DNA of 64,000 nucleotides from Albugo candida (Eukaryota): NCBI GenBank assembly GCA_040437565.1, contig JBDOQK010000001.1, positions 744,001 to 808,000 of the forward strand, read 5' to 3'. Shown piece by piece: positions 12,746 to 26,100 of this stretch (position 1 is its first letter; each line of letters starts with the position of its first letter). The notes under the pieces were generated by a model. It saw only the letters and a program-made list of their open reading frames with translations, ran no database searches and was not told where the DNA came from. The position numbers and the translations under genes were made by a program.

Positions 12746-13075
12746 CCTAAAACCAAGGGAGAACACGCACGCATTGATGGTAGGACCGTTCGTACTGATC
12801 GATGCACATGAAAATCCTTGGGCTATACTAATTGGTTATTATTCCTTCCTTGTTCGCAGAGTTGAACCATGCGGCAAAAAAAGGGTCGGAAAGCTTCGAT
12901 GCCTTCGGACAGCACATCAGTCATGACACTAAAGTGAGGACAATATCGCTAACTATTGGCTTCAAGTGCGATATGATGCATGCAGTCTTGAGGAGAGCGA
13001 TTGATTAATGTGAACATAGCAAGAAAGAGTAAAATGTTGAATTCTTAAAAGCAGTTTAGGGACGAGAAATGGAAT

Positions 13076-14873
<1,798 letters not shown>

Positions 14874-15009
14874 AACTTTTGCCGAATGATCTCAAACTCG
14901 GAATTACAAGAACTTATATAGTAGATAGGATTCAATGGATCTATTGGTTAATACTATTGATATGCTGACAATTTAGCTTAAGTTCGGTCTATGGAAAAGT
15001 GCTCGCGAA

Positions 15010-16651
15010 ATGCCGTCAACGCCTCGATTCCGTGTTACACAAAACGCTCAGTTTGTCTATGTGCATATTCGTGTTCCCTACGTCCGAGTATCGGACATGG
15101 AGTTTCATATTGATGGACCCGACTTCACATTTTACTGCAAACCGTACTTATTAAAGCTTCATTTTTCGCATAATCTCGTTGATGATGAAAATGCTAAAGC
15201 TGTGTATGATCCGTCCGCTGATAATGGAACCATCATTGCCCACTTACCGAAAGTGGAATATAATCAGGAGTTTGAGGACTTGGATCTCATCACAAAGCTC
15301 ATGCAACCACGCAAAGTATCTTTTCAGAAGGCAAAAACAAAGTAAGAGCTTGCCAGGCTTTCCGCCTTCTCTTGTTCTGTCGACTGATTCAATGTTTAGT
15401 CTGATAGAAGTCGTATCGTCCACCGAGAGCAAAAACGATACTGAGGTTTCTGAGTGTAGTGATTCCAGGTCTCTCCTTGACGAGGACAACCGCTGTGATC
15501 AATCATTGATCGAACTTGAAGAAAAGCTGGATGAGAAGTTGCATGAATATAATTTGCATACATCCATATCTGATATCAAAATTCGATACGGGTTTAATAA
15601 TGCGTATGCAGGGATCTTTCAAGGCTGGCACGGTGAGGTATCAGAAATCATCGCCTTATCTGATCCTGAAACAACTCTCCCGACGGATCGTCGCAGACTT
15701 CGCGAAGCGGATGAAGAGAAGCAATTCGATATCGAGCGATATCTTCTTGACTATGTCCAATCACGCACACATGACGATCCATATTACCAATCAGCTCTTG
15801 TATTCCAGCCTTTTTGGAAGCAGTCCGCGTCGTTTGAGCGTCAACATCTCAATGGTGAAAATCATCTCTCCACCACATTACCATGTCGACCTATTGAATC
15901 AAATGATAGCCTGTCAAAATCATTGTCCTCGCTTGAGATCTCACCGGAACAAGCTGGTCATTTGTCGGATAAGGTTGATACAAATACCGAGTTATTTGAT
16001 GGGCCAGACCTTGAGCTTCTAATGCGACTCCCAAACAAAGAATTTCTGCTACAAAAAGGTAGCAAAGAAGAAAAGATTGTTCTTGGAGGGTTAGTGGATA
16101 TACTATTTGCCTTCACCTACGACCAACTCGTGAACGAGGGCGAACGCACTGTGGAGACAGCATGGACAATCAGCACAATCAGCTCAACTCTCAGCTGGCT
16201 TGACTCATCTCCAGATCTTCATCAAGTCGTACGCACAAGTGTGCGTCGAGCAATCTCCTATCCCTTTTTACGGCAATATCAGCTTGCGGAACGCGTTCTT
16301 TCAGCGACGCATACTCTTTTACTTTGTGGGAAGCGCATCGTTCTGCTAGCGCTTCTACAGATATATCGCGCATTTGAAACCTCAGAGACGCATTATCTCC
16401 TCAATTCGATATTTATACAAGATTATTGCGTATGGATACAATCCATTCATGACGATACATTGGTTCAATTAGCACAAAGATTTCAAAATACGGTGCGGGA
16501 TTTCAATAAGAATGATACGGGTTGGGATCTCACTGAATTGGAACTACGTGTGCTAAAGGATTCAGATGCTTCATCCTCGGAAGAAAGCGCTGAAGACGAA
16601 ACGAGCGGCGGTAGCGAAAGTGATGTTTCCGATGAGGTTGATAGAATGTAG
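15010..16651 (+). CDS. SHQ1: SHQ1, H/ACA RNP assembly chaperone
   Basis: CS domain TPRFRVTQ..PYLLKLHF. Intron 15342-15399 restores the frame. YGFNN.Y.G, GLVDILFAFTYD, ETAWTI..S.TLSW, RRAISYPFLR and IQDYCVWIQ. Confidence 0.92.
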
Positions 16652-16742
16652 CTATACCATATACAGTATACACTTAGGTTGTACGTGTGTAACGCAATAG
16701 AATCTGCTTCCGAACCAACCGCATCGCGTCTCAATTGTGACA

Positions 16743-18773
16743 ATGTTACAGGCTTTTTCCAGCTCACAGGAGCATTTTGCTGCAATTTCCAATGACAACA
16801 GACTGAAAATATGGAATGTCGTATGTAACTTATGCTATGCAGTGCTTTTCACCTATACGCGATCGCTCAATCTCATTAAAACTCTGCCTGTAGTCTTCAG
16901 GTGCTCTAGTTCACGAGCTTAAAGAGCGTGATCATCTGAAAAATAAGTACACCTGCATTGCGTGGACCTCCTCCAATCAATCGGATAGTAAAAAGCGTGG
17001 AAATAGCGCTTCTCTGGGGCGTATCGCTGTGGGCACAACGCAAGGGACCATCTTGTTATGGGACCTTGACCGAGGCGAAATGACTCAAACTCTGGGATCG
17101 AAGGAAAGTAATGTTTTTCATTCTCAACCGGTTCAAGACATCGTTTTCAACACACTTGGAACTCATTTGTACTCTGTCGCTTCGCACGAAAAAAAAGTAT
17201 TGGAATGGAATGTAGTGGCAGGAAATGTACTTCGGACCTTCAAAGTCTCCAAAGAAGGCGGAAATCGACTTTGTATATCAAAAGACGATGATCTACTTGC
17301 AGTGGGAGGGAACTCCATTCGAGTTTTCGATCTTAGTTCTGGCAAAAAATCCCGGCAGTATCGCGCTGGGATTCCCTCTACAGTGCATCAGCTTGATTTC
17401 TCACCATGCAAAAGTTTTCTCTTTGCATCAGCTTTATCGGAACGGTTCATCAATGTCTACGATCTCGAGAAAGACGTTGATGACACAGCTATGATTCTGT
17501 CCATGCCGGCGAGCTGCACATGGATTTTTGGGAATACATCGAGAAGACCCAGTAAACGAGAAAAGAAAAGCAAGACATTTAATTTTATCGTTGGTGCAGT
17601 ACTGGGCAATGGCTCCTTACAACTCTGGGTGCATCAGTATAGACGAAGGAGAAACGAATCAGCTGCTACCTCTCATCAACCGATTTCTCCAACCTGTACA
17701 GTTACTACACCTCAAAGCAAAAAGAATAGCAGCTCCACTAGTGCCGAGATTGTGTGTGCAGTAAATAAACTAGAGACTCAGGATCAGGTTGTTCTCGTGC
17801 GTGGTACTTACGTCAAACCGATTTTTGAAGAAATTTTATTAGTGGATCAGGACCAACAACTCCACAGCTCTATCGAGTTGTGTCCGCTAAGTTCTCACAT
17901 ATTGATGGACGATTCACCTCATAAGAAGCTCAAGGCGAACAAAGTGAGTGAAACTCATCTCGGAAGTGACCAAGGCAGAGCAACAAAAGTTCACATTCCA
18001 TCGCTGACCGAGCGAAACAATGTGAGTAATTTTGAGATGCTCGATTCTTCGACTCTGGCCTTTCAGGATTTAGAGGATGTCACCGATGAAGCAGATATCA
18101 CACTGGGAGAAAAGCTCGACGTACTTCGTGATCGCGTTCAACAGGACGTAATGACAAGACTACAAGGCATTGCAGAGCAAGAAGATCGTACTGATACAAA
18201 AAAGCCTGATGCGTCTTCACTATCGCAAGTGCTCGAGCAAGCCGTACACACCAAAGACAAAGCCATGCTTGAGTACGTCTTGCGTATCAAAGACCAAAAA
18301 GTCATTCAACGAACCATCAAACGGGTTTCTTCGACCAAGATTCTGACATTTCTCAATTTTATCGTCATCAAATGTGAAAAAAACCCAACTCGATGTCAGC
18401 ACTTGTGTACTTGGATTCGAGCGATTCTGATGCACCATACCTCATACTTGATGGCCCAGCCGGACGTGGTACAAAATCTTTCTGGATTGTATCAGATTTT
18501 GCAGCAGCGAATTGAAATGTATATGCCGCTTCAGAAGCTCTCTGGTCGTCTCAGTTTACTGCTCGGTCAGCTCAATGATGCAAATACATTAAAGGATCGT
18601 CCCAAAGAGATACAACCGGTCGTCGTGTATAATGAAGGTAAGTCAATATTGTCTTTCAGGGCTGTAAACGGTCTCATCGATATTTTGTAGATGATCAACT
18701 GACCGAGAAAGAGGACGTAGGAGACGATGATCAGATAGAAGAACCCGTGGATGATGAGCTAGACGATGAATAG
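16743..18773 (+). CDS. UTP5: WDR43/UTP5, WD40 + Utp12-domain SSU processome subunit
   Basis: N-terminal WD40 repeats (DNRLKIWNV, GTILLWDL). Utp12 domain SLSQVLEQA..WIRAILMHHTSYL..LQKLSGRLSLL, then an acidic tail. Introns 16821-16893 and 18638-18690. Confidence 0.88.
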
Positions 18774-18827
18774 TCTGTGACCGAGTTTGATCCTCTATTG
18801 TCTGAGCGATTTGAAATGAGAGCTATT

Positions 18828-20035
18828 CTATGCTTTGTTTTCCTGGAAATTCTTCGCAAATGTCTCTGCCACCAAAAGTGGAAATACCAACGTCGCATCA
18901 CAATATAACTTGACTGGCTTTGCATCAATTCGTATCTTACCCCACGAAATTGCTTCGTCCGGTCGAGCACCTGCATCGCTACCATCAAATTCCTGCCCCG
19001 TGTTGACAAATACTGAAAAATCGGCCCCATTACGCATCAGATTCGCATTCAAAATATGATGTTTCACGATTCCTCCACCGAGTATAATTACGCCTGTTTT
19101 GGTAGCATGAATCGCGATATCGTTCAATAGGCGAATGTCACTCACGAGATCGATCACGAGACCTGCATTTCGATAGGAATGAAAGTAGATCATATCGCCG
19201 ATGGACCCGTCCGTGATAGCCGGGCAAAACACTGGGATCTGGTTTTTATAGCACCAGTAATACACCGATTCTTCATTGTCAATTTCTTTGCCCAGTCGGT
19301 GGATGAAAGACGAAGGAGACCACACAACGCCTTCTTTCTGCTCCAAAACCATTTGATCCAAAATCGGTGTGATCCAATCCTCGAATTTGCAGTAATTAGC
19401 ATTCGGAACCAATAGATTGCCAATCCGATTGATTCCACGACGTCGCAGACCGGCACCTTGCATATCAAAATCTCCCACAAATGTGTCCCCAAGACACTTT
19501 ATAAAATCCTCTTCGATACCGCCTGCTGTAGTCACAATCACATCGACGAGTTTGTGTTGTGCAAGAAATCGAATATGTTCGCGTAGACCGCTTGAGATCA
19601 GATTAGACGTATAGCCGAGAAATATTGTGCATTTTGTATTAGCACGAAAATGGGGGTCTTTGCGCTTCTCATCGACGTCATCTTGCTCCGTCATCGGCTC
19701 ATCACTGAGACGCCAATTTCTCTACGTTTTTAACGTCACAAATGATTTCGGAAATAAGAGAATGAGATACCATTCTGTTGATTTCATTGATTGCTTTGCC
19801 GAAATTCGTTCCTTGATATCCCATTGTTTCATACGACCTCATTAGTTTCGCATAATTGACGCCTTCATTGAAATCGTACCTATTTAATACGGGTTCTGTG
19901 TAAGCGGCAATACCATACCATAGCATTGCATATTGCTCACCCTTTAACCACCGGGTAGACGCCGGTGAGATCTTCAGAGTCGAGTAAAACAGCGTTCAAT
20001 GCGCTGGTAACTTTGCTTGGCTTCTGTCCGTTCAT
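18828..20035 (-). CDS. DHPS: Deoxyhypusine synthase
   Basis: [45 protein letters not shown] and [18 protein letters not shown]. Two 5' introns. Confidence 0.96.
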
Positions 20036-21897
20036 CAATTTTATAATTTAAACGTTAAGAATTATTTCCGAATAACGTCATATTATAGCATATTATACAG
20101 CGTCAATACTTTCTATTATAAGCTCATCGTTTAGGTTTTCTACCCCGTTTGGATCGAATTTCTGCATTCCGCTTATCTTTCTTCATGCGCGGATCCACAA
20201 TTTTCACACGTCCACCTTTTGAATTTGTATTTTTGGCATTTGATGTTCGACCACCACGTCGGGACACGACATAAACCTTATTTTCTTTCTTCAGCTGTGC
20301 TTTCTTCATAGTTTTCTCAATAGCTTTCAGTTTTTCACGTGTGGGAAGATCTGGTTGATTTGCAATCTCAGACGATTTCCGTTTCGCTATTTGAATNNNN
20401 NNNNNNNNNNNNNNNNNNNNNNNNNNNNNNNNNNNNNNNNNNNNNNNNNNNNNNNNNNNNNNNNNNNNNNNNNNNNNNNNNNNNNNNNNNNNNNNNATCA
20501 GCTTTATCGGAACGGTTCATCAATGTCTACGATCTCGAGAAAGACGTTGATGACACAGCTATGATTCTGTCCATGCCGGCGAGCTGCACATGGATTTTTG
20601 GGAATACATCGAGAAGACCCAGTAAACGAGAAAAGAAAAGCAAGACATTTAATTTTATCGTTGGTGCAGTACTGGGCAATGGCTCCTTACAACTCTGGGT
20701 GCATCAGTATAGACGAAGGAGAAACGAATCAGCTGCTACCTCTCATCAACCGATTTCTCCAACCTGTACAGTTACTACACCTCAAAGCAAAAAGAATAGC
20801 AGCTCCACTAGTGCCGAGATTGTGTGTGCAGTAAATAAACTAGAGACTCAGGATCAGGTTGTTCTCGTGCGTGGTACTTACGTCAAACCGATTTTTGAAG
20901 AAATTTTATTAGTGGATCAGGACCAACAACTCCACAGCTCTATCGAGTTGTGTCCGCTAAGTTCTCACATATTGATGGACGATTCACCTCATAAGAAGCT
21001 CAAGGCGAACAAAGTGAGTGAAACTCATCTCGGAAGTGACCAAGGCAGAGCAACAAAAGTTCACATTCCATCGCTGACCGAGCGAAACAATGTGAGTAAT
21101 TTTGAGATGCTCGATTCTTCGACTCTGGCCTTTCAGGATTTAGAGGATGTCACCGATGAAGCAGATATCACACTGGGAGAAAAGCTCGACGTACTTCGTG
21201 ATCGCGTTCAACAGGACGTAATGACAAGACTACAAGGCATTGCAGAGCAAGAAGATCGTACTGATACAAAAAAGCCTGATGCGTCTTCACTATCGCAAGT
21301 GCTCGAGCAAGCCGTACACACCAAAGACAAAGCCATGCTTGAGTACGTCTTGCGTATCAAAGACCAAAAAGTCATTCAACGAACCATCAAACGGGTTTCT
21401 TCGACCAAGATTCTGACATTTCTCAATTTTATCGTCATCAAATGTGAAAAAAACCCAACTCGATGTCAGCACTTGTGTACTTGGATTCGAGCGATTCTGA
21501 TGCACCATACCTCATACTTGATGGCCCAGCCGGACGTGGTACAAAATCTTTCTGGATTGTATCAGATTTTGCAGCAGCGAATTGAAATGTATATGCCGCT
21601 TCAGAAGCTCTCTGGTCGTCTCAGTTTACTGCTCGGTCAGCTCAATGATGCAAATACATTAAAGGATCGTCCCAAAGAGATACAACCGGTCGTCGTGTAT
21701 AATGAAGGTAAGTCAATATTGTCTTTCAGGGCTGTAAACGGTCTCATCGATATTTTGTAGATGATCAACTGACCGAGAAAGAGGACGTAGGAGACGATGA
21801 TCAGATAGAAGAACCCGTGGATGATGAGCTAGACGATGAATAGTCTGTGACCGAGTTTGATCCTCTATTGTCTGAGCGATTTGAAATGAGAGCTATT

Positions 21898-23105
21898 CTA
21901 TGCTTTGTTTTCCTGGAAATTCTTCGCAAATGTCTCTGCCACCAAAAGTGGAAATACCAACGTCGCATCACAATATAACTTGACTGGCTTTGCATCAATT
22001 CGTATCTTACCCCACGAAATTGCTTCGTCCGGTCGAGCACCTGCATCGCTACCATCAAATTCCTGCCCCGTGTTGACAAATACTGAAAAATCGGCCCCAT
22101 TACGCATCAGATTCGCATTCAAAATATGATGTTTCACGATTCCTCCACCGAGTATAATTACGCCTGTTTTGGTAGCATGAATCGCGATATCGTTCAATAG
22201 GCGAATGTCACTCACGAGATCGATCACGAGACCTGCATTTCGATAGGAATGAAAGTAGATCATATCGCCGATGGACCCGTCCGTGATAGCCGGGCAAAAC
22301 ACTGGGATCTGGTTTTTATAGCACCAGTAATACACCGATTCTTCATTGTCAATTTCTTTGCCCAGTCGGTGGATGAAAGACGAAGGAGACCACACAACGC
22401 CTTCTTTCTGCTCCAAAACCATTTGATCCAAAATCGGTGTGATCCAATCCTCGAATTTGCAGTAATTAGCATTCGGAACCAATAGATTGCCAATCCGATT
22501 GATTCCACGACGTCGCAGACCGGCACCTTGCATATCAAAATCTCCCACAAATGTGTCCCCAAGACACTTTATAAAATCCTCTTCGATACCGCCTGCTGTA
22601 GTCACAATCACATCGACGAGTTTGTGTTGTGCAAGAAATCGAATATGTTCGCGTAGACCGCTTGAGATCAGATTAGACGTATAGCCGAGAAATATTGTGC
22701 ATTTTGTATTAGCACGAAAATGGGGGTCTTTGCGCTTCTCATCGACGTCATCTTGCTCCGTCATCGGCTCATCACTGAGACGCCAATTTCTCTACGTTTT
22801 TAACGTCACAAATGATTTCGGAAATAAGAGAATGAGATACCATTCTGTTGATTTCATTGATTGCTTTGCCGAAATTCGTTCCTTGATATCCCATTGTTTC
22901 ATACGACCTCATTAGTTTCGCATAATTGACGCCTTCATTGAAATCGTACCTATTTAATACGGGTTCTGTGTAAGCGGCAATACCATACCATAGCATTGCA
23001 TATTGCTCACCCTTTAACCACCGGGTAGACGCCGGTGAGATCTTCAGAGTCGAGTAAAACAGCGTTCAATGCGCTGGTAACTTTGCTTGGCTTCTGTCCG
23101 TTCAT
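21898..23105 (-). CDS. DHPS: Deoxyhypusine synthase, duplicate copy (likely artefact)
   Basis: Identical to 18828-20035. Confidence 0.6.
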
Positions 23106-23193
23106 CAATTTTATAATTTAAACGTTAAGAATTATTTCCGAATAACGTCATATTATAGCATATTATACAGCGTCAATACTTTCTATTATAAGC

Positions 23194-26100
23194 TCATCGT
23201 TTAGGTTTTCTACCCCGTTTGGATCGAATTTCTGCATTCCGCTTATCTTTCTTCATGCGCGGATCCACAATTTTCACACGTCCACCTTTTGAATTTGTAT
23301 TTTTGGCATTTGATGTTCGACCACCACGTCGGGACACGACATAAACCTTATTTTCTTTCTTCAGCTGTGCTTTCTTCATAGTTTTCTCAATAGCTTTCAG
23401 TTTTTCACGTGTGGGAAGATCTGGTTGATTTGCAATCTCAGACGATTTCCGTTTCGCTATTTGAATTTTTTTCAATTGCTGTCGTTTCTTCCGTTGTCTC
23501 GCTTCAGCGACTTTCTTGACTGGCTTTGATGCGATTTCGAGGAATCGCTGGCGCATTTGCTGCATAAGTTTGGGAGGAATAGGCAATTGAGGTCGATAAT
23601 GCTTCTCTTCGTCGTCTAGAAACCAAGAGGGCAAAGCTTTTGGGTCATTCCACCCGTAACGATTATAGCTCGAATCGATAATTTCTTTGGCTTTAGAGCG
23701 TTTGATCATCATAGTTGCCAGCGCAAGCGTTTTTGCCCTATCTTCGGTGTCGTAGAGTTCAGTATCCGAGTCGTAACGACGATCATCAATGACGTCCAGA
23801 CCACATTCATCCGATTCAGGAGCTTTCACAACTTCAAACGACGATGTCCCACCTTCAACGCTCGTGGAGTTGTCTGTCAACGCTGCTCCCATTCCAGACC
23901 GGATAAGCTCACGTTTTTCGGTGATTTCTTCGTCCTCACAGTCAGAAGAATCAAATTCCTCTTGATCTACTGCGGGTAAGGCAACGTCGACCAATGTATC
24001 TTCAAATTCTTCAGATTTCAGTTTCTTCTTCTCACGACGAGTTTTTCGCTCAGCTGCAGCCTTTCGTTTCTCCTTTCGAAGAATTTTGTCGGATTTCGGC
24101 ATTGAAGGGAGTGTGGAATTAGTGTCCAAAGCGCCTTCGAACAGTTTGTTACCGGAAAACCAACGAGAGACGACAGCTTTATCTGTGTGGAGTTCTGGAA
24201 ATCGCAAATTCACAGCCAATTGCTTTTTCGGAGAATCTTCATCGTCATCCGAGCTCTAAAGCAACATCAAATTAGAATCGATGGAAAAGTATAACAGGTA
24301 TTCTATGTTGAAAGACAAGAGGACAGGGAGCTGATGTAAAACAGCTGCCTGTCAGACATCCTTGCTTCCTTTCAATTTTCCCCATTTTTGACAACTGAAT
24401 TGAGTACGGAAAATTCTCAAAACAGACAACACTGAATGGGGATTCAGTCAAACACAAATTCGAGCGCGTGCTCACCTCTTCGGGATTGATCATTGTCTGA
24501 TACGTATCGATGTCTCCATCATACATAGCTGAATCTTGTGTCAAAGCCTCACCAGCCAGTGCTCGTTTAGCAATCTTAGTACGTTTCTTCATGTTTGCTG
24601 TCTTTGAAGCATCTCCTCGCCGAGATAAAAATTGGTCGTACATGGAATCCATTTGGGTATCTAAAAGCTCATCATACTCATCTTCGTCACAATCGGTGTT
24701 GTCCTCGGTCGGATTCTCGTCTTCACTCCCGTTTTCTGGAACAGCATTCTCAAGATCATCGACATTGTTTTTCGAGAGACCAAGCTTTGAGAGACTGAAT
24801 ACAGACTCCGATTCAGTGACATCGATTCCTTCTTCATTCATTCCCAAAGCGGCTCGCACTCGAAGTTTTCGTTTTTTCTCCCGATCCTATGAACTGAATG
24901 GTTAACAAAATGAGACAGCTATAAAGACGACAGAAACTCAGAGAAGAGGTATGTTTGAGCACATGAACGGTTGGAAATAAGACGGGATACAAATTCCAAC
25001 AGCTGAAGGCTGCAAGCATTTATATAGGCGAGTTCAATGACCGATCTGTTCAAGGATCCGCCTCATGGAGACGCACCTCTGCACGTAAAGCAAAGAGGGC
25101 CTTGGATATCGCCAAATCTAGCTATTTGTATGTACGTTCCCAATCGAACCTGTTCTCATGACAACGTAGTTGCGAGAGCGGGGGATTTAGAGAACTGGAC
25201 TGGTTTTGGCGCTTAACGGGAGTTGAGGAGGGTTAGTCCTGCAACATGTCAATCTGAAATGACAAGAACTACTGGGACACGCCTTGAAGGGATATCGTGC
25301 TCTTCCATTTGAGGTTCTGTCGTCCGTATTTGGTTGCGTACCTTTTTTTTCTCTCGTTTCTTCTTTGCGAGGGTGTTTGCTCTCATTTGGGATAGTTCTT
25401 CTCGGATCATCGTTTCTGAATCAGGTGTTTCGGACGTTGGAGCATCGTCTTTGACATTCTCAACAGATATAGCTCCTGCTGGTTCTTCTTTGGTTGCGGA
25501 TTGTTGAAGTAATTTTTGATATCCGATCATTTTCAGTCTCCACTTTAGCAAATGCTTAAAGTCTGCTTTCCCTAGGACCTTATACATAAAACGTCAGAAA
25601 TGGACATGAAATAACAGGAAATGAGAATAATCAGACAGAGCCGCAGAATGCGTCAGCGCAGCCATTGGCTTCCTGATGGGTTTTCCAGAAATTAATCCGG
25701 CAACAGGAACAACAATGGAGCGAAATCTGATTGTGGGCTCCACTTTCATCCTTTCATTCTTAAATACTGCCGTAAAGGTGAGATTGCTTACCCGAAGATC
25801 CTGCAAACAGGTGACGATTTCTGGTGTCGTGCTTGTGTGTTCTCGATATAACGTATCGCCGTCATTGAAACGAATCGAAGTCGAGTCAGTCAAAAACTGA
25901 ATTGGATCGGAATCATTGATAAATTCCTGAACGCTCTTTTCATTTGTCAGCGTGATTCCTAAAGTTTCGTTGTAGCCTATCGTCCATTTAGAAAATGAGA
26001 TGGGATTCATTAGGAATGAGAATGTCATAAGTCCCTTTGCATCTCCAAAGATGCAAAGCAAAAGCTTTTCTTTCGAGACACAAAGCTTGATAGTTGCTAT

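Larger units (their letters stand above)
17427..23466. repeat. ~3 kb direct duplication across gap (17427-20396 = 20497-23466) covering the UTP5 3' part, DHS and the SPB1 tail; probable assembly overlap
   Basis: No differences seen by eye, identical ORF translations, offset 3070, junction is a 100-N gap. Confidence 0.9.

Noticed and set aside
20339-21760. Separate 473-aa ORF
   Set aside because: A chimeric read-through of N's into the duplicated UTP5 segment.
17427-23466. Tandem duplication of DHS/UTP5
   Set aside because: Copies look identical including introns, both ends truncate genes, and the junction is a 100-N gap. Assembly overlap is far more likely.
24352-24361. U14 snoRNA (GGAUGUCUGA on the minus strand)
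   Set aside because: The full domain B (CCUUGGAUGU), domain A and an upstream box C are absent.
24949-25113. U17/snR30 homologue
   Set aside because: The m1 (AUAUUCCUA) and m2 (AAACCAU) motifs are not present in the 3' hairpin.
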